This document shows positions 26,049-39,847 of a stretch of 39,847 nucleotides of DNA, in pieces (positions within the stretch are counted from its first letter, which is position 1; each line of letters begins with the position of its first letter). Location of the stretch: NCBI GenBank assembly GCA_964016885.1, contig CAXHJY010000048.1, forward strand, positions 1-39,847, in the 5' to 3' direction. The notes under the pieces are model-generated. The model was not told the DNA's origin, did not search any database, and saw only the letters and a program-made list of their open reading frames with translations. Source of the DNA: Eledone cirrhosa. Taxonomy: Eukaryota. The translations under genes and the position numbers were made by a program.

Positions 26049-26213
26049 ACATGGAACTCCTTTAACCATCTTTTGATCTTATATTATGCATACTCCAGTC
26101 CTACAAACTGTAGAGTGCTTCTTATCCGATATCTGCATTGCTTTATTGTACTACAATAAAACTCACCTCCTACATATATATATTTATATATAGCTGCAAT
26201 TACATATACATAT

Positions 26214-27081
26214 ATCATCATCATCATTGTTTAACGTCTATTTTCCACCCTAGCATGGGTTAGATGGGAATAGTCCCACTTGAGGCAAGATTGATCGGGT
26301 GATTGTGTCTCACTTGTATAGAACTGTATCTGGCAGGTTTTCTACGGCAGGAAGCCCTTCCTAACACCAACCACATTTACAGTGTGGACTGGGAGCTTTT
26401 TACCCTGTTACCTACACGACCACATTACAGCGTCGACTGTGTTTTTTTGTCGTGACACCTACATGATCTCATTAATTTGGACTGGATGTTGTGGTACCAA
26501 CATAACTTTACAGAGAAAGGGTAATGATGGTGGGAGAATGGAGTAGGGATAGTGGGTTGGGGTGTATGTTTGGTTTGGAGGGGCCTACTGACTGTAGGTT
26601 AACTTTGCACGTAGGGAAGGCGGTCCTCTGTATTATTGCGTGATCCAGTGACATTGTCTTAAAGAGGTGCAAGTGTGCAAGGTCGGAATTTATCATGTCG
26701 TCCCAGATTTTTTGGGGTCTACGTACTCCGTAATTTCCATCAATTTTGATCGCCCTGCACATTTTTATACAACTGTCGTCTTTCATGCACATCACATGAC
26801 AATACCAATGTAATCTTCTCTCAAGTAAACAGCATCTGATCCCTCTTATTCCTATTTTCTCACTTAGTTCATTTATGTTTTGCCGTTCGTGTATTACACA
26901 TCCAACGGAGCATGCATGCTTCGTTCCTTTCCAGTCTGCGCAGGTCCTCTGCACACAATGCCCATGTCTCACTGCCATGTAACATTGCTGTTCATATACA
27001 AGCGTCATACAATTTGCCTTTCATTTTCAGAGAGAAACTTTTGTGGCCAACAGCGGTATAAGCTCTCTGAACTTTCTCCAT
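26214..27081 (-). mobile_element. Degraded 5'-truncated RTE LINE copy
   Basis: (ATC)n tail, 3' UTR and frameshifted C-terminal coding region (RRLHWYCHVM, RRPQKIWDD); truncated into TA. Confidence 0.92.
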
Positions 27082-27275
27082 ATACATATATATAATTGTA
27101 TCGAATTACACGAAGTGGTTTGGGTGAGACGATATTTCAATAACTTAAATTTAGCCTTTTTAATTTATAATTTCATGTTGTTTGGATTGTAATAGTTTTC
27201 TGATTGACATTTATCTTCATTTTTTTATTTTACATTATCTGAGTTTGCTTTAATCTGGTTTTCATTTGAAATAAT

Positions 27276-27370
27276 TGTTTCTACTTTTGGCACAAGGCCA
27301 GCAATTACCCAGTGTATTACTGGTACTTTATTTTATCGACCCCGTAAGGATGAAAGGCAAAGTTAACCTC
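27276..27370 (-). mobile_element. 5'-truncated family A SINE with 15-bp target-site duplication
   Basis: Reverse complement of ~12367-12463; TTCATTTGAAATAAT at 27261-27275 and 27371-27385. Confidence 0.9.
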
Positions 27371-28419
27371 TTCATTTGAAATAATGTTTATAGATATATA
27401 ATTGGTTTGTTAATGTAGCAGGTAGTTTTGTATTAAGTATGAATTTATTTAAGTATGAGTTTTAATTGATCCTTTATTTGCTGGGCCTGTAGCTTCACTC
27501 TGTTTGATCAGGTTTATCAGTTTGTTAAGCAGGATAGATTAGGGATTAGGTTAAACAGTGATTCCAGGGTTTTGACTTGGTTGGTTTAGGTTCTAGTTAT
27601 AGAGTTTTTGGTTTGTTTTTGTACATGTCCATGTGTTGGATCACGTTGGTTTGTGGTCATATGGTGAAGGAATATTTCTGGTGGTTACACTGATTATGTG
27701 TGGCTGCATGACTGGTCATGGTTACTGCAAATTATTATAGAAACTACATAATACAATGGCTGCAGCCTGGTGCCATCTGTTACCCCATACCAGTAATTGG
27801 TGAAGGTTAGTGGTTGCTTTGTCAGGAGGGTTGGGATGGGATTTTGAAGGAAATGTGTGATTTTACTTTTCCTTGTGCAGTATGGATATTATAGGTTTAT
27901 CAATTACATTTGCTTGGGTTCATGAATAGCTTTGGTTTGTTCTAGATCTATTTACATTCAAATTAAGGCAATTGACAGTCTTAGTTACATATATATATAT
28001 TAAAAATAATAATAATAATAATATATGAATTTCTGTGTATGTATCCTCATGACTTTCTGGCTTCAGCAAATATATCATTGGTTCTTAAGTATTAAAGTAA
28101 ATAAACCACTGCAAGTACACAGCATGCTCCCATCATTAAAGAGATTTGTCTTTTAGATATAAGCAATTTGCTATACTGCATGCTCCTAGAATAGGGGCTA
28201 TGGAATATCTAAGAGTCATTGAAAAAACTGTTTATTTGAAAATTGATATGGGTTCGAATCTCATTAAAGATATTATGCTAGACTGTTTTAATTATGCCTC
28301 TACTTATCACTGGTTCGTATCCCATCTTTGCTTAATTAAATGTCAAAGAAGTAAGTTTTCCCTTTTCATACATTTGTATACATTGATAGATATATTACAA
28401 ACACAAACACACATAATTA

Positions 28420-28800
28420 CACTAGCAGCAGAAAAATGCCCAAAGATAGTATTTCTACTCATATAGCCATGTGTAACTCTATCTCTATCCATACTCTCAT
28501 TCCTATAAACAAGACACGTAATTAAGGCAGCACTAGAAATATGTTTTTATATTAAAAATCCACAGTCAAGATGTGAGGGCCATGTTCACAAACACAAACA
28601 CACACACACAGTTGCACTAGCAGCAGAAAAATGTCCTGGGTGGGGCAGTATTTCTGCTCGTATATCCAGGTGTAACTCTATCTCTATCCATACTCTCATT
28701 CCTATAAACAAAACACGTAATTAAGGCAGCACTAGAAATATGTTTTTATATTAAAAATACACACAGGTGTGTGGGCCATGTTCACACACAAACACACACA
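28420..28800. repeat. ~195-bp tandem duplication
   Basis: cactagcagcagaaaaatg...tattaaaaat..gggccatgttcaca starts at 28420 and again at 28615. Confidence 0.88.
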
Positions 28801-28984
28801 CAATGGGGCCATGTTTACACACACAAACACAATGGAGCCATGTTCACACACACAAATGCCTACACATGTATGCAATATTGCTGATGCATCTACTGAGCAA
28901 AGATAGCAATAACGACATCAAGATGCACTTCCTGTTTATCTCATTGGCATCTGTGTTAAATCAATGACTGAGAGAATGAGGTGT

Positions 28985-29473
28985 GTATATGTTTGTGTGA
29001 TCTTGTGTGTGTATGTGTTTTTATGATGTCATGTGTGTATGTGTTTGTGTGATCTTGTGTGTGTGAACTCGTGTATATATGTGTTTTTGTGATCTTGTGT
29101 GTGTTTATGTGATCCTGTGTGTGTGTGTGTTTGTGATCTTGTGTGTATGTATTTTTGTGATCTTGTGTATATGTGTTTTATGATCTTGTGTGTGTTTTTA
29201 TGATCTTGTGTGTTTCTGTTTGTGTGATCTTGTGTGTGTATGTGTTTTTATGATCTTGTGTGTGCGTCTGTGTTTTTGTGATCTTGTTTGTGTTTTTGTG
29301 ATCGTGTGTGTGTGTGTGTGTGTATGTTTATGTGATCTTGTGTATGTGTTTTTATGATCTTGTGTGTGTGTGAGTGTTTGTGTTATCTTGTGTGTGTGTG
29401 TATGTGCTTATGTGATCTTGTGTGTGTATGTGTTTATGTGATCTTGTGTGTGTGAGTATGTGTTTTTGTGATT
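28985..29473. repeat. Degenerate minisatellite (TGTGATCTTGTGTG + TG/T filler)
   Basis: Recurrent gatcttgtgtgtg at ~20-30 bp spacing. Confidence 0.85.
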
Positions 29474-30299
29474 TCATATATGCATGTTTGATGACGATAT
29501 GGTCGATTTAGTTTGTACACTGTGTGTGCATGTGCAAGCATGTCTGTACGATGATAAGGATGATGTAGTTTTTAAAGTGTGTGGATATATGCACATGCAT
29601 GTGTGTGCACGTGCATGTGTGTGTCCATGTGTATGATAATGAAAGAGTTGATGTAGGTTTTGAAGTGTATGTGTATATATATATATGTACATGCATGTGA
29701 TAAGAAGGTTAACGTAGTTTTTAAAGTGTATGCATGCATATGTGTATGCATGCATATGTGTATGCATGCATATGTGATGATGAGAGAGTTGATGTAATTT
29801 TTAAAGTACCAAGTGCAACCATGCATGGACATACACATGGTTGCAGTGAGTGAATAATTATGTATATACACCATGCATGCTGTTATTTCCAATGCTAATC
29901 ATTTATACACACACATATATATAGACATACACACATGCTGTCACACACACACAACCACATCAGTGATGCACACATACACTCATAGTCCCACATGCAATAC
30001 AGTGATGCACACACACACACACACACATCTACATACTGATGCACCTACACACATAGACTCACATTCAGTCACACACATCCACACACTGATGCATCTACAC
30101 ACACACAGACAAGCACACATACTGTTATTCACATAAACACACATCCAGTTATACACACTATAGATAGGCATATGAGGGAAGGAGGTGAAAACATGATGTG
30201 AGCAGATCAATTAATAGAAAAACTTCAGGTGTGTGGATAGTGGGGAGACAGGGGTTAATTTCAAAGTGAGCTTTATCAGCAACAACACATCTTCACTCA

Positions 30300-30522
30300 G
30301 TTGATTAGCAGGGTCATTAAAGCATCAGATAAATGCTTCGTAGTAGTTTTTTTCAGTTCTTTACTTTCTGAGTTCAAATCCCACCATGGTCAGCTTTGCC
30401 TTTCATTCTCCTCGGGTTGATAAAATAAAACCTCAGCTAAGTACTGAGTTCGATTTAATCGTCTTTCCCCTCCCCATAAATTGCTGGCCTTATGCTTAAA
30501 TTAGAAATCATTATTATTATTA
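30300..30522 (+). mobile_element. Older family A SINE
   Basis: gagttcaaatccc B box, ctttgcctttcat..gggttgataaaataaa core, (ATT)n tail. Confidence 0.8.
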
Positions 30523-30531
30523 TAAATAGAA

Positions 30532-30757
30532 GGATGGTGGAGTGGCAGTATCAGTAGAGCATCGGACACCCTGCTTTGCGGCATAGAGTTACGGCCCTTT
30601 ACGTTCTGAGTTCAAATCCCGCTGAGGTTAACTTTGCCTTTCATCTTTACAGGGTCGATAAAATAAAGTACCAGTCACGCACTGGGGTCGATTTAATCAA
30701 CTTTCACCTCCCCCAAAATTGTTGGCCTTGTGCCTAAATCAGAAACCATTATTATTG
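30532..30757 (+). mobile_element. Full-length family A SINE inserted just after the tail of the previous SINE
   Basis: A box tggcagtatcag, B box gagttcaaatccc, core and tail; candidate TSD AATAGAA at 30525-30531/30760-30766. Confidence 0.88.
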
Positions 30758-30919
30758 TTAATAGAATGTTGTAGTTTGCTTGAAGCATTGTATATAGAAT
30801 ATAATGTATAAAATGATATGTTTAACCCTTTAGCATTACTCTATATATACTGTTGTATTTTCACAGCAATTTTGGAGCATATGTATATATATATGTGTGT
30901 GTGTGTGTGTGTATGCGTG

Positions 30920-31200
30920 TGGAGGCATGTGGCTTAGTGGTAAGGGTGGTGGACTTACGATCATAATGTGGGTTCAATTACTGGGCTGGGTTGCATGTTG
31001 TGTTCTTGAACAAAACACTTCATTTCACGTTGCTCCAGTATACTCAGCTGAAAATGCGTATCAGCAATAGCTGGAGGTTTAACTCTGCGATGGACTGACA
31101 TCCTGTCCAGGAAGGAGTCTTGTACTCTCACTTGCTTCACACCATGAAACCAGGATAAGCACCAGCCTAATGAGCTTTAAATGGCTTAAAACAGACTTTA
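30920..31200 (+). mobile_element. tRNA-derived SINE, family B
   Basis: ggaggcatgtggcttagtggtaag (A box), gggttcaattac (B box), tgtgttcttgaacaaaacacttcatttcacgttgctccag core; head shared with 36590-36722. Confidence 0.82.
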
Positions 31201-31455
31201 GACTTAGATATATATATATATATACTCACAAAAGCACATACACATATGAATATACATGCACACATATATACAGACACATACTTTCAGTTACACACATATC
31301 CATCTACACAGTCACACACACATACAGAAAGGAAAGGAAAAGAAAGGAAGAATGGGCAGAGAGATGCAGATTTAGAATGTTTAACGTTGAAATCTCTTTA
31401 ACGACAAGGGCTGTATTGATGTCTTATTAAGACAAGCTGTGTGTATTTGTATGCT

Positions 31456-31488
<33 letters not shown>

Positions 31489-31859
31489 TCATTTGTCTGT
31501 ATGTGTGTGACTGTTTGTGTATGTGACTGTGTGCATATATACGCATGTGTATGTGTTTGTGTTGTGCGAACATATATCATCATCATTTAACATTCATCTT
31601 CCCTATGCTTAGAGATTTAGAAAGAAGATGGTTGTGAATTAGAGGGAGAGATACAGGGTGACTAATTTAGAAAGTCAGATTGTGAGGGAGAGAGAATGAG
31701 TGACTAATTTTGAAAAACAAATTGTGAAGGAGAGAGAGTGAGTGAGAGAGAGAGAGTGAGTGTGTGTGATTTAATATTATACATCAGATGGTGTGGTAGA
31801 ATGAAGAAAAGAGAGATGAGGAGGTAGATATAGAAAGAGAACAACTTCGGTGTTCAGAA

Positions 31860-31922
<63 letters not shown>

Positions 31923-31998
31923 TATATATACATATATATATATAATTGAAGAAGTGGAGAATAGCATGGTCAACAGTACAAAAAAGGGGGATTTATTT

Positions 31999-32110
31999 AC
32001 AGGCTAACAATTGTTTCTCTGATAAAGTTGTCTAAAAATTGCTGAACACTAGAAGTAGTGCCACTCAATTTCAAATATGATGCTAGCTCGATCAGATCTT
32101 CAGAAACTGT
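31999..32110 (-). ncRNA. Type-I hammerhead ribozyme, intact core, large stem II insert
   Basis: Minus strand: acagttt-CTGAAGA-[tctgat...atcaga]-GAAA-c-AATT-G-TT/agcctgt; palindromic ACAATTGT; directly follows (TA)n 31862-31944. Confidence 0.75.
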
Positions 32111-32155
32111 TATAAAAAAAATTTATATATCCGGCAAATTTACAAATTCAAATTA

Positions 32156-34581
32156 CATCATCATCATCGTTTAACGTCCATTTTCCCCACGCTAGCATGG
32201 GTTAGACGGGAGTTGTCCCACTTGAGGCAAGGCTGGTCGGGTGACCGTATCTCGCTCATATAGGACTATCTGGCAGGTTTTCTACGGCTGGATGCCCTTC
32301 CTAACACCAACCACATTTACAGTGTGGAACTGGGAACTTTTTACCGTGTTACCTACACAGCCACATTACAGCGTGGACTGTGTGTGTTTTTTGTCGTGAC
32401 ACCTACACGATCTTGATCTCATTTTCTCGTGCTGTTGGAGTGGGAGGATAGGGTAGGGGTAGTGGATTGGGGTGTATATTTGGTTAAGAGGTGCTTACTG
32501 ACTGTAGGTTTCGCTTTGTACATAGGCAAGGCGGGTTTTCTGTATTACTGCATAGCGCCAAAGAACTCGGTCCAGAGACATTGTCTTAGAGAGATGTAAG
32601 TGTGTGAGGTTGGAATTTATCAGATCATCCCAGGTTTTTCTGGGTCTACCTACTCCGTAACTACCATCAATTTTGATCGCTCTGCACTTTTTTATGCAGC
32701 TGTCATCTTTCATGCGCATCACATGACAATACCAACGTAGTCTTCTCTCAAGTAAACAGCATCTAATCCCTCTTATTCCTAATTTCTCACTTAGTTCATT
32801 TATGCTTTACCGTTCACGTATATTACTATTACACATCCAATGGAGCATGCATGCTTCGTTCCTTTCCAGTCTACGCAGGTCCTCTGCACGTAATGCCCAT
32901 GTCTCACTGCCATGTAGCATTGCTGTTCGTATACAGGCATCATACAATCTGCTTTTCCTTTTTAGAGAGAAACCTTTTGTGGCCAACAACGGTATAAGCT
33001 CTCTGAACTTTTTCCATCCCGTTCTGACTCTGGCTACTGTACTTTCAGAACACCCTCCACCACTGCTGATTTCGTCACCCAGGTAACGGAAAGTTTCTAC
33101 TATTTCTATAGAACCATCTGGGCAATAGAAGGAGCTTGTATCCTTTGGACACTTGCTACTTATTGCACCTGAGCATTGGCCACATATAAAGTCTACGTTC
33201 TTAGATAGTTTACCTGTGATCCCACTACATCTTTTATGTTACCATACTTTGCATTTGGGACATAACATGGAATTTCTGCCTACTCCTTTCCTATACACTA
33301 AGCATGGCCATTTCCCTGAGGGCACCTGTGCCCTATTTTCATTTCTACAAACTAGAACTTTAGTCTTAGACAAGTTAACTTTAAGGCGATTTGATTCTAG
33401 GCTATGCTTCCATGTTTCGAATTTCTTCTCTAGTTCAGCCATTGATTCAGCTATGAGCGTTAGATCATCTGCGTATAGAAGTTCCCATGAGCAGCCGGTC
33501 TTGAACTCCTCTGTTATAGCCTGAAGGGCAATAATAAATAAGAGGGGGCTAAGGATAGAGCCTTGATGAACGCCAACTTTTACACTAAATTCTTCACAAT
33601 ATTCATTGTTAATTCTAACCTTACTGACTGTTTCATTATACATAGCTCGTATAGCTCTCACAAGCCATTCATCTACACCTAGTTTTCTAAGAGTCCACCA
33701 GATAATGGAGCGGGGGACTCTGTCGAAGGCTTTCTCCAGGTCTACAAAAGCTAAGTAGAGGGGTTTACTTTTAGCTAGGTACTTTTCTTGTAGTTGTCGT
33801 ACAAGGAAAAGAGCATCTGTGGTACTTTTACCTGACACAAACCCAAACTCCATTTCATCTAGATCAATTCGCTCTCTGATTAGTTGCGCTATAACTCTTT
33901 CTGTGACCTTCATGACTTGGTCAACTAACTTAATGCCTCTATAGTTTCCTCTATCTAGAGCATCCCCTTTACTCTTGTAGCAGTTAATGATGATGCTGCT
34001 ACGCCAGTCTTTCACTATGACCCCATTCTGTATTACTTGGTTAACTATACGGGTGACCATAGTGTGTCCCACCATACCAGATGCTTTCAACATCTCAGCA
34101 ACTATCTCCGAAGGCCCAGCTGCCTTGCCTGTCTTCATATCTTTGATTGCCTTACTTATTATACTACCTTTAACTTGCACCACTGGTCCTTCTATTGGAT
34201 CAATTTAGGCAGACTATCTTTTTCCTATTTATTCTCCTCATTTAATAGTCTCTCGTAGTGACACTTCCAGGCTATCTTCTTATCAGTATCAGTGAGCACA
34301 AGTACACCATTATCATTATGGACACACTTCTCTCCGACAATATCACAGTTTTCCTTGACACATTATCTAGCAATCCTGAACACCTCACGTTTTTGGTCCT
34401 CACGTTGTAGAACATGCTTGAACTTTCTATCTTCTGCTACCCTTTTTGCAAGGTACACTTGTCTCCTAGCTTCTCTCCTGGCCACTTGATAGTGCTCTAT
34501 ACTTCCCCCATCCTGCCATACTTTCCAAGCCTGCTTTTTGGCCTTGATTGTCTCTTCCACCTTACTGTTCCACCACCAAGT
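32156..34581 (-). mobile_element. 5'-truncated RTE LINE copy with stops and frameshifts (pseudogenised RT)
   Basis: Collinear with ~22750-25200 of the intact copy (TWWWNSKV...YADD...RPRKTWDD, 3' UTR, (GAT)n); broken into ORFs 34363-, 33239-, 32807- and 32495-. Confidence 0.95.
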
Positions 34582-35354
34582 ATCAATAATAATATTAATA
34601 ATAAAGATAGAGAGAAAAAAAAAGAAAGAAACGGAAATAGATACAGGAAAGAAAGAAAGGAAAAAGAAAAAAGAAAAAGAAAGAGAAAGAAGAAAAAGGA
34701 GAAATGATATAGAGAGAAGAAAATATATGGAGAAATGATGGTAGAAAGAGGAGAGACAAGCATAAGGAGAAATAACATAGGATAGAAAGAAAAATAGAGG
34801 GAAAAATAATGATATCAGCAATAAATGAATAAACGTTAATACATGAATAAATGTAAATAAAAATAAATATATAAAAATAAATAAATAAATAAATGACATC
34901 TAATGTGACATAAAATGGTACAAAATGTGAAAAATGAAAATATGAAAATAAATAAGTAAAAAAGTAAAAATGTGCGAAGAATATTTAAACATTAAGATTA
35001 TTGAGTGGTTTTTGAGAATGGCTAAAATATATAGAGAGATATAAAGGTATAAATATGATAATGTTAAATATATTTATGTGTGTATTGGTTATTTTAATAA
35101 ATAAATTAATTAATTAGTTGTAAGTTATATTATATGATAAAATAAAATGCCAGAGATGAAATAAATTTAGGGAGAGAAATATAAAGATAGAGAGTGAAAG
35201 ATAGAGATATATAAAATAAGAATGTAAATATAAGAGGTTTTGATGTTGTTCATTGATAGATGACAATTATAATCATAATGATGATGATGATGATAATGTG
35301 GTATTATAAAGATCTAAGTGGTACAATTTGGGTTACGGAATAGATAAGATGGAA

Positions 35355-36190
35355 TTAAGCTGGTCTAAAGTTCTCAAATTTGGTTGCTGATTTATGCCAA
35401 CAGTAAATAGTTCTTTCAATTTTACTGTTAAGAAGCATTTTGTTGTAATTATAAATTTGGAAAAGTTCTATATTACAGAGACCGCGGTGGGACATGCCAA
35501 TTTGATAGGCTGTTGCTTTTGATAGCTTTGTCCAGCTGATTTTATATTCCATGTTTGCATCCTTGAGTTGCCAGATTTTATTGGCGAGAGTCGTATTTAA
35601 GAGGTTCCTGTTAATCATAGAGTGTCTATGGACATACCACCTTTTCTTAAACTCCCCAGCTGTGGAGCCAATGTAATGCCATGCTAAGCTACCTGAATTT
35701 ATAGTACATATTTGTCTCTAGGCATCTATTTTGTATAGAGCATTTGTCAGGTTGATGGCAGTTACATTTAGATGCTTTTCTATGTGCCGGTTCTTCGATA
35801 TGGTTTTGTAGGTTGCTATGTATGGGCTGAGAATTGGGTTTGTTGATGTATTGTGGTGATGTGTTCTGACGTGTGTTTGGTTGTGATGATGTTATATGTT
35901 TATATTTTGTATTTGGTGTTATGGTACTTATTTGCGGGCTACTTGTATTATAAATTATTTTATAGTTAATTTTATGCATGTGCGATTCTATATTGTTGGC
36001 AGTGGAGTATGATGGTTTGATAATTTTTCTATTAACGATTTTATGATATTTATGAATTTTAGGGAACCAATTTGAAGAAAGTGTAAGGCAGTTTTGTTTT
36101 TGTTTTTATATTGGATTGAACCATGAGTAGTTTCTATTTCTGCATATTCTATAATTATTAGTGGTCTATATATTAGTATTCTGTTCATTT
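35355..36190 (-). pseudogene. Decayed Penelope-like GIY-YIG endonuclease region (Cys-rich, Neptune-like linker)
   Basis: WFNP (36112-36123), CNCHQPDKCSIQNRCLETNMYYK, HYIGSTAGEFKKRWYVHRHS (YIG at 35667-35675), TTLANKIWQLK..ISW..KATAY..LC..LLNSKIE..CWHK. Confidence 0.85.
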
Positions 36191-36375
36191 AATTTACATG
36201 CTTGTTGCCAATTTCTATGTTTAGTCCTAGATTTGTTGCTTCTTTAGGTGTGGATAGTGCTATTAATATTAAGTGTGTTGTTATTTTTTGTATCTGGTAT
36301 GTATTTGAGTCTCTCTTTATGGTCTGCCTTAAGTAAAGCTATGTTGTAGTAGTATATATATATATACATGTATGT

Positions 36376-36959
<584 letters not shown>

Positions 36960-37001
36960 CTTGTTGCTACACATTTTATCTCCAGCCTGTATAGGTTGGC
37001 C

Positions 37002-39847
<2,846 letters not shown>

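Larger units (their letters stand above)
25747..26087. repeat. Perfect 341-bp palindrome (170-bp arms, 1-nt spacer at 25917), PLE-like fold-back; unique tail to ~26172
   Basis: Arms read as exact reverse complements; flanked by (TA)n; tail motif GTAGAGTGCT at 26110. Confidence 0.95.

Noticed and set aside
27390-27960. T/G-rich stretch that might be a decayed retroelement
   Set aside because: No convincing ordered protein motifs found by eye.
30920-30990. tRNA gene (also 36650-36722, 12276-12365)
   Set aside because: A/B boxes are present but there is no full cloverleaf, and they continue into SINE bodies.
34582-34899. Hydrophobic N-terminal extension on RTE fragment ORF 34363-34899
   Set aside because: Low-complexity A/G-rich flank read through the LINE truncation point; not a real fusion.

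Overview
Repeat-dominated, AT-rich animal genomic DNA. The SINE/LINE/microsatellite mix suggests a cephalopod, probably Octopus (inference). No host gene can be called confidently; there is one candidate Pro-rich exon at ~9.5 kb. The long Y/I/H/T-rich ORFs are microsatellite artefacts. Main contents: (i) multi-kb (TA)n-derived tracts at both ends plus several minisatellites. (ii) An RTE-clade LINE family with one apparently intact copy (APE + RT + embedded C4HC3 PHD-like finger, (GAT)n tail, ORF 21379-24813) and three 5'-truncated minus-strand copies. (iii) Two tandem non-autonomous Helitrons (16430-17301, 17302-25448); the second carries a 7.9 x ~478 bp near-identical tandem array fused to the 5' end of the intact LINE. 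(iv) Two decayed Penelope-like (GIY-YIG) coding remnants. (v) Several tRNA-derived SINEs. The most notable hidden layer is about a dozen type-I hammerhead-ribozyme (HHR) motifs of unrelated sequence in short non-coding elements lodged in (TA)n tracts. Four have intact catalytic cores, and many sit in fold-back palindromes, including a perfect 341-bp palindrome encoding an intact HHR on each strand. All RNA folds were paired by eye and none has been tested.
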